64,000 nt of DNA from Eledone cirrhosa (GCA_964016885.1 OZ024741.1:364436001-364500000); one strand, 5' to 3'; positions 13,795-27,900 are shown, numbered from the stretch's first letter. Numbers and translations: made by a program. Notes: a model not told the origin generated them from the letters alone.

Positions 13795-13978
13795 TTTGTT
13801 TCTACTTTTGGCACAAGGCCTGCAATTACCCCAGTGCATTACTGGTGCTTTAATTTATCAACCCGTAAGGATGAAAGGCAAAGTTGACCTTGGCGGGATT
13901 TGAACTCAGACTGTAAAGGGACGTAACTATGTTGGAAAGCATGGCACCTGACCCTCTACCAATACTGCCAATTCACCA
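13795..13978 (-). mobile_element. ATT-tailed Nin/Deu-like SINE
   Basis: Matches the family consensus along its length. Confidence 0.85.
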
Positions 13979-15779
13979 TAGAAGTTCATTTGACTTCATT
14001 TCATTTCACTACTTTGAAGGAATCTGTTGAGTATACCAGGTAAATTTTATCATGGCACAATCACTAAAGAGGTTGTTATACACCTGGAAAGACTAAAGAG
14101 TCTTCTCTATCCTATTTTGTTACCATTCAATCACCAACCATTTTACAGAGTGTACAGAGTGTTTTGGGTGCATTTCATCATTTCACCTTATGTTGTCTCG
14201 AAATAGTTTGTAGGACAACTTTTGATATCAGGCTGTTGGTTTATATATTCTACTGTATATATGTGTCTCTGGATAATAAAGATGTATAACTTCATTTGTT
14301 TTAGGATTCATGCTTAAGTTAGCAATCGCTAAGATAGTATTGGCCAAATTTGAGTATGATATCAGTAATGTATCTCAATTAACCAAACTTCCTTCTAAGT
14401 AAAAAAACATAGAACAAAAGCAGTATTGAAGATCAACAGACTACAATGATAGTATATTAGTTTAACACTTATATGAAGTTGGAAAAGAATCTCTCTTTTC
14501 TTTGTATCTATTGGCAGATAGATACAGAGAGATGTGGGGATGTTTAGGAGGGAGAAAAAAGGAAAAAAAGAGGAAAACATGTGGAGGTGTTGCTAGTCAG
14601 CCATCTATGATTTCTGTTATCTTACAAAGTCGGTTTCTTCAAAGTATCCTCCTCCGCCTTCACCAGTTATCATCATCATCATTATCATTGCCTTCCTTTT
14701 TCTCTTCTTCCTCTCCTTCATTCCCTTCTCCTATAATTCCATTCATATCTAGGATGCTTTATAGGATTGGTCTTCTATTCCAGTGAAAGGAAATTGGTAG
14801 CAAAATTCTAATTGAATTCTTATTGGTTCTTTTCTTTCCTCCATTTTATCAAGAGTACTACTGATATATGTATGATTTACTGTAAACCACAGCTTGGAAA
14901 AAACAGGCACGATAAATCAATGATGATGAGGACGATGATGACGATAATGAAAATGATGATGATGACTATTGATTTCTTACAGACTTCAATAAATGTTGGT
15001 TTGTTTTTCACCAAAAATTGAACAATTGACACTGGGAATCAGCTTGGGATTGGTTACATTAATATTCTACATAATACTAATAATATGCACTGATCCCAGT
15101 AGTATAGTTTTGTTGTATTTATATAAGCTGTACACTTTGAAAGCACCTGGAAGACTTTCCAAGCTTAAATATTTAGTCTTAACCTACATTCACCAGTGGC
15201 TGTCTCATGTCTCATATTTATTTATAATTCGGATTATTGGGAATTTTATTTGTCACACACCTTCACTACCTCCTGTTGCACATCCTTGTAACTTAGCTGT
15301 ATTTCCACGATTATTTAATGTAATATTCCTGATTGATGGTACAAAATAACACAACACCACACCAAACATTTCAAGATCATTTTACCTGCTAAATGGTGGT
15401 GGGTAGCCTTGTGGGATTATGACAAGCCTCCCCATTTTGCCCTATCTTCTGCATCTCCTATGATAAATCCCTGAATTTTGTTTCCTTCATCATCTTCAGC
15501 CATGTTTTTCTTAGTTTTTTCCCCTTCCTTGATTTCCTTCACTCCATCATTATCATTCTTCCTCAACACATGACTCCACCATCTCACCATGTATTTATTC
15601 CTGAGTTTCATGTGTTTGGCAAGACTTTGAGATTGAAATTATCTTACATGCAAGATGATAGTCAATAATGGCCTATCCATTTGAATTAAAAACCATTTAA
15701 AAATTAGTATGGTGGTGAAAGTTTCAGCCAAAATCAGTGACATCATTGAGTTATATAAATTAAAATCTTGCAAACCTTT

Positions 15780-16800
15780 ACAGAAATGGTTTCTTGTCTC
15801 TGTAAGTAATTTTGACTACCAACAAATATATATTCCAGGAAAACCTATGCATTATTTTCAAAGAAAATCACTGTATACTTCAACCCCTTTACTATTAACA
15901 TCTTAGATTTTATTTTGAACCTCAAATATGTCTAATATTACTCATTCTGTAACCCTAACAGGATTATATTACATTTCTAAATATTCAAATCACCCTAAGA
16001 ACATAATTAATAGCTCTGTTAAGAATATCTTATTGAGATTATCTAACCTTTCTCGAAACAAACAATTATTTATGGATTTTTCAAATAATTATAATGATAC
16101 TCTATCCCATAGTGGATTCAAGGAGAAAATTAAGAATACACATAATTCTAACTGGAATAGAACTATCAAAAGGAAAAGATATATAACCTGATCAAATCTA
16201 TCATACTATTTAGCTTTAGCAGTACCAGTTGGGAAAATATTCATTATCTTGTTTAAGAGAGAGTTCCACCTACCATACAAATACTATAAAATATTTAACA
16301 TACATATCATTAACATTTACATTCATCTCCATCTAATTCCACACATGATCTTACTAATTCTAACCAATCTAAACTGAATTGACATACACTCAACTATATA
16401 GAAACAATTGTAATTATATCAACCCAAATAATTGTTCTTTAGACTCTAAATCTCAAATTAAAGAAGTTGTTTTACTCTTCTTCAATATATTCTTTAGTAG
16501 AGATTAATAATTTTGTGAATACAATAGTCTCTCCTTAAATACTTTCAAATTTAGATATCACAAACATATAAACATATCCTACAACTAAAATAAAATAATG
16601 AGATTTCACTTTTCAAATTTATATGAGATTAGAAAGAAAAATACACATGCATTACAACTAAAATGGGAGATCATCTCCTTTGCCAAAATAATCACTAACA
16701 ATAATAAAAAATATATCTTGGAATCTTTGTACAACTGAAAGCTTTGAAATCCAAGTTGCCAAAACATCATTTCTTCATAGATACACCAAACATGGTTTTT
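15780..16800 (+). mobile_element. Degenerate Penelope-like retroelement (RT thumb through GIY-YIG region)
   Basis: Decayed translation LDFILNL..., YISKYSNHPKNII, YNDTLSHSGF, KRKRYIT*SNLSY, VGKIF, YKYYKIFN, CNYINPNNCSLD resembles PLE motifs SNHP, RNIIWFNPPY, KIFN, CNC...CPL. Many stops and frameshifts; boundaries approximate. Confidence 0.75.
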
Positions 16801-16837
16801 ATCCACACTGAACATTCAACACTCTTTGCTATTTTAA

Positions 16838-17041
16838 CCCTCCAAAACCGGCCAGAATTCTCTACCTCTTTCTGTTGAAACTGGCTGTAACTGGTCACTC
16901 AAACTGATGTTAAGGTATTGTTCTCAAAATAAATACTTTCAAAATCTCATAGATTCGATATTATGTGAGATAATTATGTGAAGTAAAGCCTTTACCATGA
17001 AAATATAATAGTATATATAGAGTAATGTGAATCCTATAGGG
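16838..17041. mobile_element. piggyBac-type MITE family 1 (eroded TIRs)
   Basis: TTAA|CCC ... GGG|TTAA with family-1 body. Confidence 0.75.
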
Positions 17042-17727
17042 TTAAACTACAGATTACACAAATAGGAAACATCTTTACATTATAGCATACTTTAAAATTA
17101 TGTCCAATATTTTTACTTGCATTACTATTTTCTTAACACCAAAATGTATATCTATTTCTATTGTCTTATATATCTCTATGTAAATGCAACTACACTCCAA
17201 TGCACATATGCATTTGAATATGCATGTACACACACACACTCATATATATATGTGTGTGTGAGTGTGTGTGTGTCTCTCTCTTTATATATATATATACATA
17301 CAATATGCACAGACACAGACACATAACTGTATTTTACATCGGGTCCTTATACTTGTATTATGTAACTTGTGTATCTTTTATTTTTTCTTATTTTTTCTTT
17401 AGCTTCATATATCTTTGATGTTGATCTGCCTCTGAATGACATATATCTTTGATTCCTTTTTCTTACACCTCTCTATACATGCTACAATATTTTCTTATCC
17501 AAATTTGTTGCATCATTCTATTTCACACTTTCTCACCATATCCTTTGCCCTATCTTTCCTTATAATGATACTTATAATTGTTTAGCCTTCTATCTTTTTC
17601 AACGTTATACTTTATAATTATACTAACTTTTCTAGCCATAACATACATGGCACTATATTTTCATTGCAACCACTTATTTATTTAGTCATTCATAATATCT
17701 GACTATTAGTCTTAATCTTACATTCAT

Positions 17728-17893
17728 TCATCATCAGGTTGAGCTTGCTCGGCCTTCTACGACACGTTTCCTCCATCCATCTCTGTCTCTCATAGCGTTT
17801 GCCAGTTCTTCCACAGTGCACCCAGTAACGTCCTCAAGTTGCTTGACGTATGTCTTCTTGGGACGACCAGCATTTCTTGCTCCATGAGATGTT
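17728..17893 (-). mobile_element. 3' fragment of a further RTE-clade LINE
   Basis: Minus strand reads SHGARNAGRPKKTYVKQLEDVTGCTVEELANAMRDRDGWRKRV..* followed by a short (TGA)n tail; RTE C-terminal GRP...DR..W motif. Confidence 0.8.
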
Positions 17894-18020
17894 ACTGTTT
17901 ACACTATTTAGCTTAATTTTACACCGTGATCACCAATACCCAATTTCTTCTTTATACTCTTAACAATATAACCAGACAAGTCTATTTTACTTAAACTTTC
18001 CTACATTATTGTTCACCATT

Positions 18021-18570
18021 GGCAGTATCGGTGGAGAGTCGGACACCATGCTTTAAAGCATAGAGTTACGTCCCTTTATGATCTGAGTTCAAATCCTGCC
18101 GAGGTTAACTTTGCCTTTCATCCTTACGGGGTCGATAAAATAAAGTACCAGTAATGCACTGGGTAATTGCTGGCCTTGTGCCAAAAAGTAGAAACAATTA
18201 TTGTTCACCATTATTAGTTTTTGAAGGCTGGTGGATTGGCAGTATAGGTAGAGGATCGGACGCCATGCTTTGCAGCATAGAGTTACAGCCCTTTATGATC
18301 TGAGTTCAAATCCTGCCAAGGTTAACTTTGCCTTACATCTTCACGGGGTTGATAAAATAAAGCACCAGTAATGCACTGGGGTAATTGCTGGTCTTGTGTC
18401 AAAAGAAGAAACAATTATTAGTTTTTTAACTCAGAATGTAAAGAGTTATGGCCCTTTACGTTATGAATTCAAATCCCACCGAGGTTAACTTCGCCTTTCA
18501 TCCTTACTAGGTCGATAAAATAAAGTACCATTAATGCACTGGGGTAATTACTGGCCTTGTGCCAATTATT
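18021..18570 (+). mobile_element. Three head-to-tail ATT-tailed SINE copies
   Basis: Copy 1 TSD attattgttcaccatt (18005-18020/18197-18212). Copy 2 TSD attattagttttt (18210-18222/18414-18426). Copy 3 is 5'-truncated. Confidence 0.88.
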
Positions 18571-19801
18571 AGTTACAAACATTAAGAACCAGTACTTGTG
18601 CCATATGATTCATCCTCTGTCAATTTCAATGATGAGCATTCAGTTTGATCAAATACACACCCAACTTGTGAATTAATGTGTAAATATTTGAGTATTCCAC
18701 AGATGCATGTACCTTTTATGCAGGACTAACACTAGCTTTAAAACCAACTAGGCAGCTGTTTAAGAAACCGACATTAGAGAGAGACATATCACTGAGACTT
18801 AAAGGGTCACTGTTTTATACAAATTTGTATAATTAACTTAGATATATAATTTCTTCCGATCAATGAATATATTGCGAAATATCTTTCCCACATAACAAGC
18901 TCTATGGAAAATCTTTTTTATTTATACATATATATAAATGTATTAATCTCATTCAATTAGCTTCTAAAATTCCTAAACTGTTCCCTACACTTAAAATCTA
19001 ATATCATCAATATTTTTAGGGCCACATATTGAATATGTCTATGCATATTGAACACATATATATCAAATTTGCACTCATGTTAGTACTATAAATTTATTTT
19101 ACTCTTCTACATTATAAACAAGTATTGAGTACATTCTAGTTTTTGGTATTTCCTGTTCTAATGAACCATCATATTCTAATATATATATATGTACAACCTC
19201 TCTAGTGTTAGCGCCATGAAAATGCACTTGGTACACCCTGTAGGATGGTTGGTGAGAGGAAGGACACCCTAATGTTGAAAACATGACTAAAAGGGTTGAG
19301 AGGACCCTTCCGTTGTGTCAGAGGTGTGGCAACGTCTCTAGTGTTGGTGAAAGAAACAATAAACACCCCCAGTATATGTTGTAAAGAGATTGGTGATAGG
19401 AAGGGCATCCAGCCATAGATAGCTTGCCAAACAAAGGATTGGGAGGACTTTTCAGTTGTGTCAAAAACATGACAACCTCTCTAGTGCTGATGTCATGATA
19501 AAATGTACCTGGTAGAAGATGAGACCATATGTAAGTGAGATGTGAATCACTGGCCTGTCTGGAAGGTCAGTAGCCCTACTTCAGCATTGACATGGTCTGT
19601 AAAACCCATCCAACCCTTTCTAGCAGTGAAAGCAGGAGTTAAATGATGATATATATATATATATATATATATAATAAAATGTTACAGTATCGTGAGAGAG
19701 AATAGAGAGAGGAAGCGTTATAGAAGGAGACGATACAGATAATTAATTGCCATAAGCAGCTGCTTTAGTGCTCGATGCTTGTGCAGACAGGGTTAAACAT
19801 T

Positions 19802-20160
19802 ATTCAATTCAATTCAATTCAATATATTTGGCAGAAAATAAAACATAGATGCTTCAGATGCCATGTAAGGAGGAGAGAGGGGCAAAATTTACACAGTCGG
19901 AAACACAGTGGTCCAACACCGGTCCAATTTCACCTTGAATTGTTGCGTGGTTGACGCGTTGACTACTTCTTCTAGAAGCCGATTCCAGGGTCCAGAGATG
20001 CGGATCGAGAAAGCAGCTTTCCGTCTATTTAGGCGAAAGCGGCAGTGAAACAGCTTTTTGTCATGTCCACGTAGACCCCTTTCATGTGCCGGAGTGAATA
20101 GGAGATCTTGAGGGAGATCGTAATGGCCATTGAAGAGACTGTAAGCCAAAATGAGATCGA
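19802..20160 (-). mobile_element. 3' fragment of a CR1-group LINE with (ATTGA)n tail
   Basis: LRGHDKKLFHCRFRLNRRKAAFSIRISGPWNRLLEEVVNA...FKVKLD matches the CR1-type C-terminus (RGH..KL...F..R....WN.LP). Pentamer tail at 19802-19822. Confidence 0.85.
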
Positions 20161-20176
20161 ATTTAAGCAGAGCAAT

Positions 20177-20360
20177 TATAATCGAAGAAATTGAAGAAAG
20201 AGAAGCAGACCTTTAAAATATATTTATAAGGAGTTCCTAATTAAACCCTTTACTTTCCTCTGAGCCTCCAAGGAGCCCAACTTGGGCATAACATGTGTAA
20301 GAGCTCCTTATGAATATATTTTAACGGTCTGCATCTCTTTCTTCAATTTCTTTGATTATA
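20177..20360. repeat. Inverted repeat, 60-bp arms (55/60 identical), 64-bp spacer
   Basis: Arms at 20177-20236 and 20301-20360 compared base by base. Confidence 0.9.
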
Positions 20361-20916
20361 TATATATATATCTGTAATTGATGACTGAAAGAAAAGAGTA
20401 CTCAATACCAAAGTATAGATATGTTTATCTCTCTCTCTCTCTTTCTATATATATATATATATATAGTATTAGGAAGGGCATCCTTCATGTTAGGAAGAGT
20501 CTCTAGCTGTAGAAAGCATGCCAAAACTGAAATGTATGTAAGCAAAATGTGGCCCCCTGCCTATTTAAGACAGTAGCTTTGATTAAGTATTGACTTGGTC
20601 CATATACACACACACGCACACATATATATATATACATTGAACCGCATTGATTTTAACTATGAGTGTTCCAGTTGTCTGATCAATGGGACAGCCTGCTCAT
20701 AAAATTAATGTGTAATTGGCTGAACATTCTACAGACACGTGTACCCATAATGTAATTCTCAAGGAGATTCAGTCTGATACAATGTGTGACTAGGCTAACT
20801 GTTTGTATTACATTTACATTAGTCTATCTGATGGCTTTCCAGACAACTTCCATCTACCCAATTTCACTCACAAGGTATGGACCAACCCTTGGCAACAGTG
20901 AATGACACTTGATTAA

Positions 20917-21125
20917 CCCTTTAGCATTTACAATACTCCATATTTACTATTATATTTTCACAGTAAAGGCTTTACCTTACATAATTATCTCGGAATATCG
21001 AATCTACGAGATTTTGATGTTATTTATTTTGAGAACAATACCTTAACATCAGTATGAGTGACCAGTTTGAACAGAAAAAAGTGAGAGAATTCTGGCTGGA
21101 TACAACTGGTTTAAATGCTAAAGGG
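20917..21125. mobile_element. piggyBac-type MITE family 1 with TTAA TSD
   Basis: TTAA|CCCTTTAGCATTTA ... TAAATGCTAAAGGG|TTAA. Confidence 0.88.
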
Positions 21126-21392
21126 TTAAAATATCAAGTAGTGAAATTGAACCCAGGGCCTAATGACTTCAAAAGTAACTTATTGAACATTTGGCTATGC
21201 TATCCCAACCCCATCTCACACACATACAATGTACTCTATAATAAATATATAGGACATGATGAGGTGTACATACTTTTATGCGAGTGCTATTAAACTCAGA
21301 TATTCTTTGAAGGTATAACTGATATGGGATGATTTTCTTTTTCTGCCACTGTTATCAAAGTCAATTGAAATGGGTTATCTGCATTATATTGT

Positions 21393-21573
21393 GGATTGGC
21401 AGTATCGGTAGAAGGTCGGACGCCATGCTTTGCAGCAAAGAGTTACGGCCCTTTATGGTCTGAGTTCAAATCCTTCCGAGGTTAACTTTCCCTTTCACCC
21501 TTACGGGGTCGATAAAATAAAGTACCAGTAATACACTGGGATAATTGCTGGTCTTGTGCCAAAAGTAGAAACA
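21393..21573 (+). mobile_element. ATT-tailed Nin/Deu-like SINE, 10-bp TSD
   Basis: attatattgt at 21383-21392 and 21574-21583. Confidence 0.87.
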
Positions 21574-22820
21574 ATTATATTGTACATTATTTCATTGTTT
21601 CTATTAATGTTGGTCTTTCTGCATTCTTTTTTTGTTTGCATGATAACTATTGTTGCACTATAATCTTCCCACTCCTGCACTTCTTAAAATTTATGCATGG
21701 TATATATTGTGTGTATATGTATATTCTTCCTTCCTGCAGTGCTTTGTGTTGCTAACATTATCCTGAATGCTAGTAGAACGATAATATTTGATTCTATCTA
21801 AAAGTATAGTAAAGCATTATATGCCTCACCTGTTTGCTGTTCACTTGTTTTGTAAAATAAGCAGAATGATATATATATACCGTTGCACTATTTATTACAA
21901 ATATGCTTGAAAATTATTTTGGAAAATTTTTTCATTGTTCATTGATTCATACACATTTATTTATTTAAAAAAAAACAACATTTTTTCTCCCTGTTAACTG
22001 ATTGAGTATTTTGAAAATCAATAGTTTGAGAATATGTGTGTGTATACACGTTTGTGTGTGTGTGTGTGTTTTTTTTTTATAAATCCGTGTTTTAACATAA
22101 TGTGTCAATAAGTCTATTATTTAAAAAAATATATTGATGAAAAAAGTCCAAGCCTTGATTCCCTCAACACTGTGTTATTCACTTCATGAATTTCATTGTA
22201 GCAACATGGTTCATTTATTCATTCTTCCTATTTTCTTCATTCACTCATTTATTCAATCATTCTCTAATCACATTGAATGTGAAGGTATAATCTATAACAT
22301 AATGTTTGATTCGAAAGCTATAACAATTTGAGTTATTTCCCATGTAGTCTAATTTGTCATTGTATTATTAATGCATGGCTGATAAAAGATTCTTTGTGGA
22401 CACAATATTACTGAATGGTTAATGAGTTTGTTTTGCAATCATCAGGTTGTGAGTTTGATCCCACTGCATGGCATCTTAGACAAATCGCATTTAGCATAGC
22501 CTTGAGTTGACCCATGCCTTGTGATTGATATTGGGTAGATAAAAACTTATTTGAGGCCTGTTGAATTGATTGTACCTATAATTCAAAGAGCAAACCATGT
22601 CACATAATATCTCATCTGTAATCTTCCTTAGAATTACTTTAAGGGTACACATATCTGGGAAATGTGCAGCCACGTACACAATAATTTCATGAACAGGCTG
22701 TTCTGCTGATAGAACAACAGGAACATTTATCAAAATCAATGGAGGTCCATTCCAAAAGCCTGTTTTCTTCAGTCATTTGTTCTTTCTCTCAATCTCTAAT
22801 ATATTCTATCCTTTCCTCTC

Positions 22821-22898
<78 letters not shown>

Positions 22899-23146
22899 TT
22901 TCTCTCTCTCTCTCACACACAGCCTTCTCCCCACCATTGTATTTTAAAAGTACATACAAACTCACACACAGTGCATTAAGAGTATCTATTCTGTTTTAAG
23001 TAAGGCAAAGACCTGAAAAGTCTATTTAGAACTAATGTTGATTTGATTGATTTATTGCTCCAATCAATTTGATCATTTATTTCAATATATTATTGACATT
23101 TTATCTTAAACATTGGGGAGGTATAGAGGTTGTAAAATCAGGTTAA

Positions 23147-23359
23147 CCCTTTTGATGCCAAAATGCCTGAAACTGATCATGTTTCTACAATACAAAACTG
23201 TTACTTTTAAACCCTTCCATCATAATCTTATGTCAGAACCTTTGTTAATCTATGTTTCAAACACAAGATTGATAATGAGAAAGTTAAATCACTCCAAATT
23301 CTTGATTATTTTGAAAATCATAGCCAGTGACATTCATTAGAAATATAGTAATGAAAGGG
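23147..23359. mobile_element. piggyBac-type MITE family 2 with TTAA TSD
   Basis: TTAA|CCCTTT ... AAAGGG|TTAA. Confidence 0.8.
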
Positions 23360-23774
23360 TTAATTTCTAAATTGTATTTAGTTCATGCCTGGCTTTTTTG
23401 AGTTTATATTCCATTGGGTTCAATTATACTTTTCATTCATCCATCAATAAAATAATTTTCAATAATATAGCAATTCAAATCTATTTAACTTTACAAAGAA
23501 TATGCCTTGTCTATAGAAAAGGTTATTACTTATATATTATATATTAAATATAGTACAAATATCTGAAATGTAGGATAAAAAATCCAGCACTGATATATAG
23601 TCATGGTGGACCTTGGGTGCCTTTAGCAGAGCTACTCTGTTGCAAACATTCAGACCAAGTCTGCGGTTTGAGGATACCTTCCTTTCTTCTTTCTCTTCTC
23701 ATCCCTCTCTCTCCTCATCCCCTTCTTCTCCTGCCATCAGCCTTAGAGGTCTTATAAAGGTTCATATATAAATG

Positions 23775-23883
<109 letters not shown>

Positions 23884-24660
23884 TTTAATTTTTAACTGAC
23901 AATTTCACCTAGTTGCATCATAAAAAAGATCCAACAAGTCTTTTATCATGATTTTCTACTGAATAATGAGGTAGATAAATGTTTCTTTGTAAGTTATTTC
24001 AAAGTTATATATATAATTTTTTTTATTGCTATTCAATAACTCTGTTTCCTGTATTTCAAAACGTTGTAAAATGGAGAGGGGGAAGAGGAAAAGAGGAATC
24101 ATTTCTTAAAAACAAATTGAAAATCCAGAAGAACGAAGCATTTAAAAAAAAATTTTCAGTTTGTTAGTTTAGTTTTATTTCACGGTAGAGCCAGTAGGGT
24201 GTTGGATTAAATGCCTCAATATTTGCAGTTTGTGTTCAAATCCCACAAAGGTCAACTCTACCTCTCCTCTTTGGGTCAATAAAAATATACTAATCCAGAG
24301 ATGGTAGATTGGTTGAATTATTCATAAGCCATGGGATCTGATCTGCCACTGTGCATTCTGCCCTTTTTGTTCTAGGGATGTGACTAATAAATAGTATCAG
24401 AAGTGGAGACACCAATGGAGATACTATTTTCATGGTCGGCTCTGATGATCAGCTCCTTTCCGTTTGTATTTTAAGTAATATCTTTCTATTCTCATAAAAC
24501 TTATAGATAAGTAAATTAGCTGAACTGTATTACTTTGTTTGTAATTAACTACTGGTAGTTGGTTACTGACATTCCAAAGTAGATTATTTGTTGTAATTTA
24601 AACTGGTGCCAACCATTTTAGTTGCTCCTTACAACACACATTTGCTAATGAATAGTTCTG

Positions 24661-24700
<40 letters not shown>

Positions 24701-24949
24701 TTTCTTTATTAACCACAAGGGTTTACATAAAGTAGACATTAAGGACAGTGCAGGACAATACAGGACGGTACAAATGGGCATTTCTGCGTGTAAAAAGCAA
24801 AAACAGAGGATGTAACAAAAAATAACAATGAAAAATTCCCCAATAGGGGGGGAGACTTCGGAGGGACATTTGTGGAGAAAGCCCAGTAAAAGGCCACAGT
24901 GACCCTGACCACCAAGGCAAGTGGCCTCTCCCAGTTTTCCACCTTTAAT

Positions 24950-27900
24950 TTACAGATATATACTCAGAGTAGGCCCATTCACTTGGGCCATTCTTGCTTC
25001 TCTCACCCATCTTTCAACAAAATGCTGGGAAGAGAGCACTTCCCTCTCTACTATGATTTTCCTTTTCAAATGAAATTTGAAAAAGTCAATCAGGGCATCA
25101 CCGAAGAGGTAAGTGCTCATCTTCAGCCCTTTCAAACGTGTCCACCATACTATCTCTTTCGCCATGGCCACCAGACAGATAAAAACTGCCTGCCCTTCCC
25201 GGCTAAAGGAAGAGGGCGGGGCAATCCATCCTCACGGTGGACTCAGATGATAGCCGGATCCATCCTACACGCGACAGCAGGTGTTCGACATAAACCCACA
25301 AGTCAGCAATTTTCGGACACTGGACGAGTGCGTGCAGGACGGTTTCGTCGCCCTGCGCGCATCTCGGACATGCCCGGCTGACGGCACCTCCATGCCTGTA
25401 GAGTTTATCCTGAACTGGCAAAGCTCCTCGGTAGCCAGGCCAGGGATTTCTGGAAGTTGTCCATAGGCCCTAGCCCGAAAGTTCTTCCGAAGAGATTGGC
25501 TAGTTGATTTTTTTCGACGCCTAGAGTTTCCCCAAGTACGTCGTCGCTCTTCCCCTCCACTAATCCTCTATAGAACACCGAGGTGGAGTTTCCACCGATC
25601 ACATTGCCCGATTGGTCGAGGACTGTGAACGCCTGAAGACATTCCAGTCTCCAAGCGCTCCCTCTCGGTCTTCGCTTGACCCAGGACTGCAGCTCCGTCA
25701 AGGAGACGAGCTAGGGAAAGACACGTCTAGCAAACGGCGACCACACCTGATCACCGTCGAGGAAGAGGTGGAGACGTCGTAGCCCGAGCGCGTGTCTGCG
25801 CATCATCAGCCACGGCATGCCCAGCCCTCCACGTAGTGGGTGTTGACAACAGATGGACCGCCTGACCATCGGAGAGCGTCCCTTCCACAAAAAACGAAAG
25901 AGCAAATGCTCCAGTGCAGTCAGGCGGGGCTTAGGACAAGGTACGACAGTCAGGTGGTAGTAGATGACGGACGCGATGTACGCGTTAGCCACCTCTGCTC
26001 GACCTTTCAGGGATAGCTTCCTCTCGGCCCATTTCTGGGTGAGAGAAGTCACCCTGCTCGTCACCTCGTCCCAGTTTTTGTCCGTCTGAAGGTCCGGACC
26101 GAACCAGACCCCTAGCAATTTAACCGGTCCGTTCGTCCAGCACCCGACGACGATGTTGGACGGCATGGACCTGCCTCTCCAGGTGCCGAGCTGTAGGCCC
26201 ACTGACTTTTCCTGGTTGATTATTGCTCCTGTCACCGCTTCGTATTCTCTTAGTGTAGTGCCGATCGCCTCGATGTGTTTGGCATTCGACTCCACTACGG
26301 TGACATCGTCCGCATATGCTGACACGGATCTTTCGCATCCTAGTTCACGTGGGACCCCCCTCAACGTCTCCAGTTTGTGCAGTAATGGCTTGAGAGTCAA
26401 TACGTACAAGAGGGATGAGGGAACATCCTTGGCGGACGGAGCGCATGATGTTGAACAGTTCCGAAAGGTGACCGTTCACTCTCACCACAGAGCAGATGTC
26501 GCTGTGCATGGCAGCGATCCAGCCACTGAAGACGGGCCCAAAGCCAGCCGCCCTAAGGACTGCCGCTAGGTAACGATGGTCGACCCTATCGAAAGCTTTT
26601 GACTGATCTAAATTGATCAAGGACCCACCCGTGCCAGGTTCCCTAGCTACCCTCTCCATGATGTATCGCATGAGGTGGAGGTTGTCGTGGATGGATCTGT
26701 CGGGAATGGTGCATATCTGCGCCTCTCCCACCAACGACAAGCGCCAACCTCTTTGCTAGCACCTTGGCCAAAATCTTGAACTCTGTATTTAGCAGAGTTA
26801 TGGGCCTGAAATTATCTATGTTTGGATCCTTTCTCAGCAGCGCCACCACTCCTCGGCTCACAGAGCTGGGAATTCTCCCGTTCTGTTGCCAGTTGCAGTA
26901 GACGTCCGCCAAGAGGCCTCCGAACAAGTCTGGCATCTGTACGTAAAGTTCATAGGGCAGACCATCCACACCAGGCGATTTACCTCTTGTGCAGCCAGTC
27001 ATTGCCTCCCGTACTTCACCGGCTGTTATCGGCTTTTCGCAACACTCCGCCTCAGTGGCCGAGAGCGGCAGCAGTCCGCGAGGTAGACACTAAAGTCCAT
27101 CCCTCGATCCGGCCTCCCGCTGCCTCCGAACAGCTGAGCGAAGTGTTGCTGAAAAGCTTCATACATTTGCCCGGGATCGAATAGCATGCACCCGTCGTGG
27201 TCCATTGGGCCCATTGAACGGCTTTCGTCCCCTTGTGTCTGAGAGCACGCACCCTAGCTCTGACAATGCAGCCTTCGTGCTTTGCATTGAAGAATTGGTC
27301 AAGGGCCAATTTCGCCGCAAGTACGTCGGTCGCGATGCCTTTACTAAGCTCCTCGTCTAATTTTCTAACTAGTTCTCACTCTGCTCTATTTTTCTCTATA
27401 GCTAAAGCCTTACTAAACCTAATGGACTCTATTCTAATCGCTCTTTTCAGAGCAAACCACCACTTGTTGTTGACGATGGCCCTCGTCAACGCCCACTTAA
27501 CTAGTTCGCTAATCCGGTCTCTGTAGGCCTTGCGCGCTGGTAAGGACGTGTTTAGCTTCCAGTACCCGGGTCCTTGTATATAAAGCCTATCTAATTCAAC
27601 CACACAGATCAGGAATTTGTGGTCCGTGTAGCTGACTATCTTGAATTGTGAACAGCCTATGCTAGACCTATCTATTTCCCTACAAAATACTCTATCTAGA
27701 TATGATCTGGATGAGCCGATGCGGTTTGTCCAAGTCCACATTGGCACATTCGGGAAATCCAATCGGTACCTGTCAGACAGGTCAAAATTTCTGAGCAGGC
27801 TGGTGAGGCTCTTGCACCCTCCTCCCCTATCTGCTAATCCCACACAGTCCCAGCATGCATCTAAGATCCCGTTCCAGTCGGCCACTAACACTAAAGAGCG

